A DNA stretch of 64,000 nt from IMG/VR virus record IMGVR_UViG_2894640787_000005, positions 1,023 through 65,022 of that record. The stretch is one strand, 5' to 3'. The notes under the pieces were generated by a model. It saw nothing but the letters and a program-made list of their open reading frames with translations, did not search any database and was not told the origin of the DNA. This document shows, in pieces, positions 30,818 through 39,806 of this stretch. The stretch's first letter is position 1. Each line of letters starts with the position of its first letter. The translations under genes were made by a program, and so were the position numbers. Origin of the DNA: a virus. Taxonomy: Duplodnaviria > Caudoviricetes.

Positions 30818-31625
30818 GACTAGTGGAGGCTTGAGAAGTTAGAGGAGTGGCTTGGTGTACATTTCTGTTAGCTCTCGCTAAAATCTTTCTAATGGCGTTC
30901 TCGGAAAGGCCGTAACGCTGAGCGATCATAGCCGTAGTTAAACCTATGGCCTTACGCGTCCGATAGTCGGATATTATGCCTAAAAGTGTTTTCTGGCTAT
31001 GCCGATTTGATTTACTGTGCTGGCGAAGGATTTTCTTTACCCCATCAATGGACAGCCTATAGGTAAGGCTTAACTGTTCAATGGTAAATTGTCGGGGCTG
31101 GGTATAGTAGTCGCTAATAATGCGGTTTACTATATGAGCAGGGGTAACTTTCGGCTTTCCTCCAAAGCCTGGGTTGTTTTTAACGGCGTGATCAATGTTT
31201 TCCTGGAGAGTGACCCATTCAAGGTTTGCCCACGTATTATTTCGACGGTTACTGTCTTTGTGGTTTACCTGTGGGAGCCCCAGCGGATTGGGGATAAAGG
31301 CCATCGCGACAAGACGGTGAACAAGTAGATGGCGCTGTGTCGCTCCGTCGTAAAGGACTGTTCTTTCGTAGCCAGTGTTGATAATTCGAGTTTTAAGGAT
31401 TCTGCCTTTTACGAATTGCGGCAATGACCTAACTCTGCCCTTGCTCGAAACTTGGTATCGACCTTCAAATCCGACTACAGGCCGCCATATTTCGATGGCT
31501 AAATCAACGGGGATTGGAACTTGCCTTTTGTAAAGCTGTAGCGTAATTCGGGGCGTTTTTTTCGCCTTCTGTCGAATAAGGGGTATATAATTCCCCTTAC
31601 CCGTGTACATTTGTACCGTGTTCAT
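30810..31625 (-). CDS. NUMOD4-HNH homing endonuclease with C-terminal HTH repeats
   Basis: EIWRPVVGFEGRYQVSSKGRVRS (NUMOD4); VHRLVAMAFIPNP...VNHKDSNRRNN...NLEWVT..EN..H (HNH_3). Confidence 0.92.
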   Translation of the reverse strand: MNTVQMYTGKGNYIPLIRQKAKKTPRITLQLYKRQVPIPVDLAIEIWRPVVGFEGRYQVSSKGRVRSLPQFVKGRILKTRIINTGYERTVLYDGATQRHLLVHRLVAMAFIPNPLGLPQVNHKDSNRRNNTWANLEWVTLQENIDHAVKNNPGFGGKPKVTPAHIVNRIISDYYTQPRQFTIEQLSLTYRLSIDGVKKILRQHSKSNRHSQKTLLGIISDYRTRKAIGLTTAMIAQRYGLSENAIRKILARANRNVHQATPLTSQASTSHE

Positions 31626-31739
31626 TTTAACCTAGCAGTTTAAATGCTCACAAGGCCCCGTATCTAAGTTTGGCGACAGAAGTACGGGGTTTCTTGTTGT
31701 TAATGGATACGCCCTTCGTACCTCATTGACAATTCAAAT

Positions 31740-31765
31740 ATACAAAAGTAAGATTATATTCTTAC
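31740..31765 (-). promoter_or_regulatory. Promoter/operator between XRE1 and NUMOD4 gene
   Basis: Minus-strand TATATTTG (-7 consensus TAnnTTTG) next to palindrome gtaaga-N6-tcttac; related taagattatattct copy near 32025 upstream of XRE1. Confidence 0.6.
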
Positions 31766-31780
31766 AAAAGAGGCAAAAAA

Positions 31781-31984
31781 TTATTCAAAAATAATTCTGA
31801 CTTTGACCTCAAGGCTTTCTGCTACCTTTTGTATGGTATCGAGTGATAAATTAGCAGTGCCATTTTCATACCGACCGAAAGACTGTTTAGTTATTCCCAG
31901 GGCCTGGCTTAAATCTCCCTGAGTCATCCCCTTTTTCTTTCTGATTTCCCGAATCAATTTACCAGTATCCCGCTTTAAATCCAC
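31781..31984 (-). CDS. XRE-family HTH regulator (copy 1)
   Basis: IREIRKKKGMTQGDLSQALGITKQSFGRYENG. Confidence 0.92.
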   Translation of the reverse strand: MDLKRDTGKLIREIRKKKGMTQGDLSQALGITKQSFGRYENGTANLSLDTIQKVAESLEVKVRIIFE

Positions 31985-32065
31985 TTTTGTAGTTATTAAA
32001 CTCCTATCAAAGATACCTGAAAATAAGATTATATTCTACCTTTTGATTGAAACTATATCCTTACT

Positions 32066-32095
32066 TTACCAAGCGGCAATATTTAATGTAGCTAC
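32066..32095 (-). repeat. Right copy of 30-bp inverted repeat
   Basis: ttaccaagcggcaatatttaatgtagctac versus reverse complement of 27552-27581. Confidence 0.9.
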
Positions 32096-32208
32096 TAATG
32101 CATTAATCTTTTCGCTTCTGTACTTTCTTAAATACGGGAAATATCCCCAGTAAAAACGGGAATATCCCCATTGATCAAATCAGCAAACAGAGTAAGTAAG
32201 ATTTTTTA

Positions 32209-32249
32209 CTTTAATTCTTAGAAAAATTAAATTTTTCTAAGAATTAAAG
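32209..32249. repeat. Perfect 41-bp AT-rich palindrome
   Basis: ctttaattcttagaaaaatt-a-aatttttctaagaattaaag (20-bp arms, 1-nt spacer). Confidence 0.9.
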
Positions 32250-32603
32250 AACTTCAGCATTATTTTCATCTTGTAAGATAATATTGAGTTATTGTATAAA
32301 TTTTAAGCACCTTTACTATTAAAAATAATTAATTAAAAATCTAACATATCTGTATAAAATGATCATTCCCACAAAAAATAATACTCATTTAATAATGTAT
32401 ATAATTCCTCAAAATTTATAACCGTATCTCCTTTATAAGTTACCGAATCATAAATTTATAAACTTTTCAATATTGGAATTTTCGGAGTTGGACAGTCAAG
32501 AAAATAGCTGGATACTTGTCTCAAAAAAAGCCCCACTTCAGTTTGGAGACCGGACGTAGGGCTTTGACTCGTTCAATGTTTAACCATCAAACAACCAAAT
32601 GTA

Positions 32604-35081
32604 GTGAAAAAATTATACGAATCTACTCCTCATCAAAGGAGAGTTACTCTAACCATTGTGCTGATCTTCGTGGCGATCATCAGTACATGGGCACAATGCT
32701 CTGTTAGCAGCCCCAATGGCTCAATGGATTATGCCAACTGCGATGGAGTTGGAGGCTGGGCCTTCGATGGAGCAAACCTGAATCAACCCATCACCGTTGA
32801 TATCTATGTGGATGGCACTAAGACCTATTCCGGTATTACTGCCAACGGAGATCGGCAGGATTTGGTAGGAGCATTCGGAAACGCAGCAGCTCGCTATCAC
32901 GGATTTAATTACAGTTTCCCCGCCAATGCCTCCTGGAAAAATGGCCAACCTCACACCATCTCGGTACGGATCTGCGGTACATCGAATGACATTGGGGGTT
33001 CACCCATGACGGTCAGTGGCTGTAGCGGTGGCAGCCAACCTACCAATCCACCAACCGGGACTTGTAATTACACAGAGGGTCAGTATTTATTCACTACCGC
33101 TTGGGGCGAGTCAGTTTATGCCCATTTCTACAACGGGAGTTTGTTTGCGGCTTATCAGGACGGGAGCAACTTCAAACCGCAGCACTGGTTGGCAGCCACG
33201 GGTCAGATGGACCAGAATACAGCCAATTGCTTTGTAGAAAATGATCCGCACAATGGCGGTTCAACCAACCCACCATCCAATCCAAATATAGTGCCCATAC
33301 CACCCGCTAGTGGTAACTTTGCAGGTAATTTTGACTATGCTGACTGTAGCGTTATCAGTGGCTGGGTAATGAATCTTAACAAGCCAAATCAATCCACAAG
33401 AGTTGACGTTTATGTCAACGGTTGGTTAGTGGCTACCAATGTGATGGCCGTTCAGGGACGCCAAGACGTGGCCAATGCGTATGGTATAGGCGGAAACAAA
33501 GCGTTTGGTTTTAATATACCGTTGCCTAAAGGCTACCACAAGGGGGTGGCACTGACCATAGCGGTTAAGTATGCGGGAACGAGTACCAACATACCTGGAA
33601 GTCCTAAAACAACAACCGTTTGTGAGCAGTACCAAACACAGGGTGACGCCAATCCAGATTGTAACACCGGTATAGCTCGAATACTTCCTGGAAGCGGAAA
33701 AACCCTTTCAGCAACCCTTGCACGGACAGGAACCTATTCACTAAAACTGAATGCTAACAGCGCAGGTCGTCCGTCGGCGTTAACTAGTCAGCTCATTTCT
33801 GTTAAACAAGGCGATCTATTCACGCTTGATGCCTATGCATCCGTTCTAGCGCCCAGCGAGCGTAATCTAAAGCCTCAGCTCACTAAAGCTGTAATGGGAG
33901 GTGTATTGACCGGCTTAGTCCTTACCAAGAATCAGTCTAATCAGCCTGACCAACACCGGTTGGCTGAAGTACTACCCACCCTTGGCGTTAGTTCGGCTTT
34001 GATGCTACCGCTCATTAAATCCTTACTGACCAGCCGTTGGCCGAATGCCACGCTTGAGTTAGCTTTTTACGATAAGCAAGGCCATTTTGAATCTCGGCAG
34101 CAAGTCGGGCTTCCCAAAACGGCCTATGGTGATTGGCAACTGCTTCACATTGAAGGACGGGCTACGCAGGATGGTTACGTTAAATTTCGTTTACAAAACC
34201 ATAACAAAATACCCGTTTACCTGGATGATATAACGTTTCAGGCTAAGACTGTTTCGCCAACCAATGAATTAATTGCGGAAGCGGTAGCCCGCAAATGGTC
34301 ATCAACAGGTGGGTTTCCAGCGTCAGTCTCCACGGCTCCTGAAGAGATTTACCGGACAGGAGATCCTTGTGAAACAGGGGGCGGGGGAGACTACGGAACA
34401 ATTGTTGATCAGTGGTATCGTGATCCTTTAAACGGGAATTTGCTTTTGGAGGTAGATGTTCGGGCCACTGCGCCTACCTATAGTCTTAGTCCGACCGGTG
34501 GCATTATCTATATAGACGCTCAAGGAAACGCCTTTCCTGCTACCGCAGGAGCGAATGGCAACCCTGGTGGAAATGATTTGGCAGATATGACCTTTTTGTT
34601 TAATCAGCAATTAGAGCAAACGAAAATCCACTTCTGTCAGCAGGCCGCAGCGATCCGAGCTGGTTATCCTACTCCACCCAACTGGGCTGCTCCAGGTGAT
34701 CCTCAAAGCGGTGAAGTCGCAGCTCTCCTCCATGCATTTGTTAATGACGTTAGAAACAATGCACCCTATGATTTGAAAACGCATGGCTATGCCGCAAGCG
34801 ATATTGGTACCGTAAGTGCGTACAACGGATCGGTTTACCGATATGATGATTACGGTAATATCAATTTTGGGATTGCTGCAGCCGCTTCGGGCATTCCCTT
34901 ATCAGTTGCTGTGTGTGGGGCAGGTATCTATCAATTTGTGCCCGGTTCAGGCCCAGTGGATTTCGGTAATTTAGGCGGTTGTGGGGATGATAGGCAGGAT
35001 TCAGCAATGATTCGCATGGGTTATCAAATGTTTATCGGGTGTGATAGTGCTGTACGCACCGATAATCGCGAGCAAAATTAG
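32604..35081 (+). CDS. Secreted polymorphic toxin with C-terminal Ntox44-like (Bacterial toxin 44) domain
   Basis: Signal peptide; two Ig-like repeats (DYA.C..[VI].GW...VD[IV]YV.G); C-terminal FVNDVRNNAPYDLK...YDDYGNINFGIAAAASG matching the toxin-44 pattern. Confidence 0.72.
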   Translation: MKKLYESTPHQRRVTLTIVLIFVAIISTWAQCSVSSPNGSMDYANCDGVGGWAFDGANLNQPITVDIYVDGTKTYSGITANGDRQDLVGAFGNAAARYHGFNYSFPANASWKNGQPHTISVRICGTSNDIGGSPMTVSGCSGGSQPTNPPTGTCNYTEGQYLFTTAWGESVYAHFYNGSLFAAYQDGSNFKPQHWLAATGQMDQNTANCFVENDPHNGGSTNPPSNPNIVPIPPASGNFAGNFDYADCSVISGWVMNLNKPNQSTRVDVYVNGWLVATNVMAVQGRQDVANAYGIGGNKAFGFNIPLPKGYHKGVALTIAVKYAGTSTNIPGSPKTTTVCEQYQTQGDANPDCNTGIARILPGSGKTLSATLARTGTYSLKLNANSAGRPSALTSQLISVKQGDLFTLDAYASVLAPSERNLKPQLTKAVMGGVLTGLVLTKNQSNQPDQHRLAEVLPTLGVSSALMLPLIKSLLTSRWPNATLELAFYDKQGHFESRQQVGLPKTAYGDWQLLHIEGRATQDGYVKFRLQNHNKIPVYLDDITFQAKTVSPTNELIAEAVARKWSSTGGFPASVSTAPEEIYRTGDPCETGGGGDYGTIVDQWYRDPLNGNLLLEVDVRATAPTYSLSPTGGIIYIDAQGNAFPATAGANGNPGGNDLADMTFLFNQQLEQTKIHFCQQAAAIRAGYPTPPNWAAPGDPQSGEVAALLHAFVNDVRNNAPYDLKTHGYAASDIGTVSAYNGSVYRYDDYGNINFGIAAAASGIPLSVAVCGAGIYQFVPGSGPVDFGNLGGCGDDRQDSAMIRMGYQMFIGCDSAVRTDNREQN

Positions 35082-35095
35082 CCAGTAGATATGGC

Positions 35096-35152
35096 GTGTC
35101 AGTTAAGGATCTCATGAGTGTACTATCTTAATGGTTGATCCTTAACTGACAC
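35096..35152. repeat. Inverted repeat between toxin and immunity genes
   Basis: gtgtcagttaaggatc / gatccttaactgacac, 16-bp perfect arms, 25-nt loop. Confidence 0.85.
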
Positions 35153-35180
35153 TTTATAAACGTTTAAATTATAGTTTTTC

Positions 35181-35744
35181 ATGCTGATCTATAAATGCGG
35201 GATAGGACTATCATTTGTTTTATTGATGTCTTTTGCTAGCCGTTTTTCTCACCAAGTACCCAAAAACAGAGATAAGCTAGTCTTTACTAATTCGGCGGAG
35301 TCAGTGCAGGATTCTCTATTACTTTTACGGCGTATTTGTGAATCGATTGAGCCGATAAAATTTACCAACTGTATTATTCATGAATACGATGGTACATTAG
35401 TCTTAAATAGAAAGAATTTAGGCAAGCTCGATACCGTATCCATAGCCAATACCGGTTTTATAGGCTTGACTAAAGGGAATGCCCGTCATGTACTTTCGGT
35501 CATGAAATTCTTACGACGGAACCGTATTTCAGGAGCCTATCATGATGTTGGTTTGGGTTTCTGGTTTTATAGTTATAACGATGATCCCAACTACGGACGT
35601 TACACTCAAATTCGACCAATCTACATTTGGGATGTACCCGCCGATACCTTAAAGCCTGCTTTTCAATACTTTACCAAAATACTGGATCGGAAGAAGCGCA
35701 TGGTTCTTGTCGGTTTAAACGACGTCCCTTACCGTAAGTTTTAA
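35181..35744 (+). CDS. Putative cognate immunity protein
   Basis: 187 aa with signal/lipoprotein-like N-terminus, directly downstream of the toxin on the same strand. Confidence 0.6.
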   Translation: MLIYKCGIGLSFVLLMSFASRFSHQVPKNRDKLVFTNSAESVQDSLLLLRRICESIEPIKFTNCIIHEYDGTLVLNRKNLGKLDTVSIANTGFIGLTKGNARHVLSVMKFLRRNRISGAYHDVGLGFWFYSYNDDPNYGRYTQIRPIYIWDVPADTLKPAFQYFTKILDRKKRMVLVGLNDVPYRKF

Positions 35745-35768
35745 ACTGGTTATGCTTCCCAATGTTGA

Positions 35769-35948
35769 TGGGTACCCGTCCGTAAACGGCTAGATAAATA
35801 CACGATGTTGACGGTTGCAACTACCAAAGCGGGCCAGCTATCAAATAGCCTTTCCTGACCGGGTCCGTTGCAGGTTATTTTTCTTTAATCAGTTCACCAA
35901 ATTCTGCTTGGCGGTGCCGTAGCGTTTGGCAATGAGCTGTTGAGTGGA
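35769..35948 (-). mobile_element. Tn3-like relic: terminal repeat plus serine-resolvase C-terminal HTH fragment
   Basis: gggtacccgtccgtaaacggctagataaatacacg at 35770; minus strand 35948-35875 reads STQQLIAKRYGTAKQNLVN*LKK, like Bacteroidota recombinase-family C-termini. Confidence 0.5.
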
Positions 35949-36050
35949 ACATTTAAATGCTTACTCGATGGCATCTTCCCGAACAACTCGGAAGCCAAGC
36001 TTGGTGTAGACTGTTGAAGCCTTTATCATGAACAGCAAGTGGTCAATTAG

Positions 36051-36431
36051 CTAATAAAGTATGATATATGATACTATTTCGAAGCTAATCAATATGGCTA
36101 AATAAACAAATGTCACTTCTAACTTACGGTGAGAAACGGATACTTGCTGCGGATCATAAGCAACGAACAGCCAGATTAGCCGAAGTAACCAGAAAACAGC
36201 TGTCAACATGCCACTTACGAATGACAGAAACACAATCGGCATCCAATACGGGTAAGTGTCAGGCCAGAAATGATCGGCCCAGACAGCTACAAACAAACCC
36301 AGGCAGGAAACCGCTCCCGACAATAAGACATAGCCCAAGCGAAGCAGCTTCATGGCCGTCAGGTTAGTAAATCTTTCTGTAGTACTCATGAATTTCGAGC
36401 AATTGAGACTAGTTTTTGGCTTCAAATTCAT
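36051..36431 (-). CDS. Small membrane protein
   Basis: Three hydrophobic helices; start uncertain. Confidence 0.55.
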   Translation of the reverse strand: MNLKPKTSLNCSKFMSTTERFTNLTAMKLLRLGYVLLSGAVSCLGLFVAVWADHFWPDTYPYWMPIVFLSFVSGMLTAVFWLLRLIWLFVAYDPQQVSVSHRKLEVTFVYLAILISFEIVSYIILY

Positions 36432-36875
36432 CGTCTATGTCGTTGAGCATTGCAATGAAGCCGAACTCTATCATATCAATTAACCATAGGTCGGTCAATT
36501 GATTTCGAGCCGATTTACTTTATTTTGATAGAGTTAAAAATAAACTTCATATTAACAAAAGAAGTAGTAAAACTAAAAAATCTAGACATTACAATGGTGA
36601 GTCTGATAACGACAATATTACCATCTCAGCGCCAGAGCAGGTATTAAAGGGAATAAAAAGTGATCAAAAACAGGGTAGCATAAAACTAACTGACAACTTC
36701 GTTATTCAGTAAAGTGGTCCAATTTCAAGGGCGCAGTGTATTTCAACGATTTTGTCTTCACTAAACTGACTCTTTTTCATGGTAATCCATTGGTTAGTTG
36801 AAATTTACGATTTTCTACTTTCCAATGGTTACCTTTTAAGGGAGGAGGACAGGTATTATATTAATAATAAAAACT

Positions 36876-37142
36876 ATGTCTACTAATTCTAACGGAGAAG
36901 ATATTGAATTCATGCTTGAAAAATTTAAGCCTGAACGTTATGCTTACCTTTCAATTACCATAGCATCTTTTATTATATTACTTATTTGTGTTATTCTCTT
37001 TATAACAAAGAATGAGATGAATGAACGAAATGTCGGTTATGTAGCAGGAATGGTAGGTTCTAGTGGGGCTATTACATATACTGCGTCGCAACTTTTGAGA
37101 ATGTGGAGTGATTGCATAAACTATTTCCTAAATAAAAAATGA
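36876..37142 (+). CDS. Small two-TM protein (AT-rich)
   Basis: 88 aa, two hydrophobic helices, low GC. Confidence 0.65.
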   Translation: MSTNSNGEDIEFMLEKFKPERYAYLSITIASFIILLICVILFITKNEMNERNVGYVAGMVGSSGAITYTASQLLRMWSDCINYFLNKK

Positions 37143-37151
37143 ACTACTCAA

Positions 37152-37853
37152 ATGCAGATAGACAAACAATCTTTAATTTCTAATATAATTTACAAATCAT
37201 CTATCCTTAGAATTATTGGCTTAGGATTAATATTAATTTCATTTATAATATTTATATTCTTTATTGCCTATCAAGAAAATGAAATTCAATATAAAGAGGA
37301 ACAAAAAAAAGAGCAATATAAAACTATAGGAATTTTACTCAAAAAGAATGATAGCCTTGATAGAGTAGTACAGAGAGAAAAATTAACAATTGGCAATGAA
37401 AGTTCAAGAGTGGTTGATAATAGTAAAGAAATTATTATTACTGGTAATGATGGCAGTTCGATAATAATTAATCCTAAAGTGAAACCTATAATTGATGAAA
37501 GGATCCATATTAGTAGTTTTAAAATACTGCCGCTATATTTAAAAAAAGGAGATAAAGTTTTAATTCAAGCTACTGGTAAAATAAGTGTTGGCCCCAATAT
37601 AGGAACGTCTGGCCCAGAAGGGAAAAATTCAGGTGGATTATTTGACTTTCCATTAAGTCAGTACAATATTGTAAAAGAATTTCCTCATGCAACACTGATG
37701 TTTAGATATGCAAATGATACTTCATGGATTGATTGTGGAAAAGAGTACAATTTTACGGCAGAAAAATCTGGATTTTTAGAATTTGAAGTTAATGACCTGG
37801 AAAAGAGTAACAATGAAGGTGCTTACCAAGTAGAGATAAAGGTGTATAGGTAA
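37152..37853 (+). CDS. Membrane-anchored protein with possible LecA/PA-IL-like lectin domain
   Basis: N-terminal TM; LKKGDKVLIQATGKISVG...GPEG...SGFLEFEVND...NNEGAYQVEI pattern. Confidence 0.6.
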   Translation: MQIDKQSLISNIIYKSSILRIIGLGLILISFIIFIFFIAYQENEIQYKEEQKKEQYKTIGILLKKNDSLDRVVQREKLTIGNESSRVVDNSKEIIITGNDGSSIIINPKVKPIIDERIHISSFKILPLYLKKGDKVLIQATGKISVGPNIGTSGPEGKNSGGLFDFPLSQYNIVKEFPHATLMFRYANDTSWIDCGKEYNFTAEKSGFLEFEVNDLEKSNNEGAYQVEIKVYR

Positions 37854-37920
37854 ACTATTTCTCTCCCAGTTATTTCTAAAGTGACAAAGCTTCTGAATCT
37901 TTCATAGCTAGTATTAGCCT

Positions 37921-37961
37921 AAAACTGCTTGCAACATAAGCATCCCATTACTTTTAGTAAT
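37921..37961 (+). repeat. Copy 2 of the 41-bp bipartite site
   Basis: aaaactgcttgcaacataagcatcccattacttttagtaat, 32/41 to copy 1. Confidence 0.8.
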
Positions 37962-38147
37962 GAAGGTTATAAGGTAATGTTATAAGGTATTACGTAAAAA
38001 TAATAGAGGTCTTCGCATAAAAATACGGGAAATATACCCTTGATTACCAGAAGCTTAATGCGGTATTTCACCCTCACCAAACAAAGTCAGTTTCTTACTC
38101 TATTTGGTGAATACTTTCTACTAATTAACCTCTAACCGCTTAATCTT

Positions 38148-39578
38148 ATGGTACTACTAACAGACAAAGAAATTGACATCCGGGATTTAAAATACTTTAA
38201 ATTCTTGTCTAATCTTCAGGGAAATATCTTAAAAGGTCATGGACGTAATCATACCAACAACATCTTTATCCAATTCAATAAAGGTAAAGAAAAGGAGGTT
38301 AAGGCATGGTTGAAATCATTTACTGAAGATCATGTCACCAGCGCGCTCACTCAACTCAAGGAAACAGAACTATTTAAACGAAACAACATATCTGGCGGTA
38401 TTTTTAGTGCCGTATATGTTTCCGCCAGTGGCTACAAATACCTGCAAGGGACAACGACTTTACCTACTACATTTGAGAAGCCGTTTGTTGACGGAATGAA
38501 AAACGCCCAACTGAATGATCCATCCCCAGCAACCTGGGATCCTGGATTGGCAGATGATATACACCTAATGATTTTAATTGCCGACCCCGATTCAGATAAG
38601 GTCAGTCTATTAACTAAGTCTATTTTGGATCTAATTTTAGATAATGGTAATAATAATAAAAACCCATTGGGTAAGATCCTTACAATCGAATACGGTAGTG
38701 CTATACGTAATGTAAATGGTGACGGGCTGGAGCATTTTGGGTATGTTGATGGGATTAGCCAACCTCTGTTTTTAAAGGATGATGTCGCGAGCTATAATCA
38801 GAGTTTAGTGCCAACTTACACACCTACGGCCAATAAATTTGATGTTTCAGCTGAATTAGGGTTGGTTATTGTAAAAGATCCCTTTGTAAACGATCCTCAA
38901 CAAGATACTTATGGAAGCTACTTCGTGTTTAGGAAGCTAGAAGAAAAGGTACGTGGTTTTAAAATAAATGAAAAGCTACTGGCTACCTCTTTGGGCTTGA
39001 AGGGTGACGATAGGGAAAGAGCAGGCGCCATGATAATTGGCCGGTTTGAAGATGGCACACCTGTAACGTTAAGTCCAGAAGCAGGGATCTATCAAAGTGG
39101 GATTGCCAACAATTTCAATTATGATGAAGATACAAAAGGGGCAAAATGTCCTTTTCATAGTCATATCCGTAAATCAAATCCACGGCATCCCGGTGATAAT
39201 AAACATGTCATGGCACGGCGAGGAATTACTTATGGCCAGCGCGATACCAACACGGATATAGATCCAGATTTTGCTCAAATGCCAACGGGTGGTGTTGGCT
39301 TGCTATTCATGAGTTTTCAGCATAGCCTTATAAATCAATTCGAGTTTATTCAAAAAACTTGGGTGAATGACGTTAATTTTCCAATTCCAAATGCGGGGAA
39401 AGACCCTATTATAGGGCAAACAAAGCCTCCTACAAGCAGTAGTACAGGCGAGTTTGCCAGAACCTGGGGGGATGCGTCTTCAATGAAACCCGCATCAACT
39501 TTCCCAGACTTTGTTACTATGAAAGGAGGGGAATACTTTTTCGCTCCCAGTATACCTTACCTACTAGCATTAGCCTAG
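38148..39578 (+). CDS. Dyp-type (dye-decolorizing) heme peroxidase
   Basis: EHFGYVDGISQP (GxxDG), HSHIRKSNPR proximal His, RRGITY distal Arg, GGEYFFAPS. Confidence 0.92.
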   Translation: MVLLTDKEIDIRDLKYFKFLSNLQGNILKGHGRNHTNNIFIQFNKGKEKEVKAWLKSFTEDHVTSALTQLKETELFKRNNISGGIFSAVYVSASGYKYLQGTTTLPTTFEKPFVDGMKNAQLNDPSPATWDPGLADDIHLMILIADPDSDKVSLLTKSILDLILDNGNNNKNPLGKILTIEYGSAIRNVNGDGLEHFGYVDGISQPLFLKDDVASYNQSLVPTYTPTANKFDVSAELGLVIVKDPFVNDPQQDTYGSYFVFRKLEEKVRGFKINEKLLATSLGLKGDDRERAGAMIIGRFEDGTPVTLSPEAGIYQSGIANNFNYDEDTKGAKCPFHSHIRKSNPRHPGDNKHVMARRGITYGQRDTNTDIDPDFAQMPTGGVGLLFMSFQHSLINQFEFIQKTWVNDVNFPIPNAGKDPIIGQTKPPTSSSTGEFARTWGDASSMKPASTFPDFVTMKGGEYFFAPSIPYLLALA

Positions 39579-39613
39579 GTTAAGTTAACAACGACTAAAG
39601 GCTTTGGTATGCA

Positions 39614-39659
39614 AATACAGAACAGCCGTTACCTGATCAGGTAACGGCTGTTCTGTATT
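39614..39659. terminator. Perfect 46-bp palindrome downstream of DyP gene (terminator-like)
   Basis: aatacagaacagccgttacctga|tcaggtaacggctgttctgtatt, 23-bp arms, no spacer. Confidence 0.7.
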
Positions 39660-39806
39660 AAGGCTCCACTAGCCGCTTAAGTTATTCAAATCTGCAAACT
39701 TAGCCTTGATTTCAAGACTAAGTGAACACCCCTCAAAGTCCTAAATCTTTCATCATTTAATTGTTTTACCAATTATTAGTAAGGTAATTAAATTACAAGT
39801 TCTTTC

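Noticed and set aside
38148-39578. DyP as encapsulin cargo for the HK97-fold capsid
   Set aside because: No C-terminal cargo-loading peptide (ends SIPYLLALA), and the capsid gene sits in a normal phage head-tail operon 12 kb away
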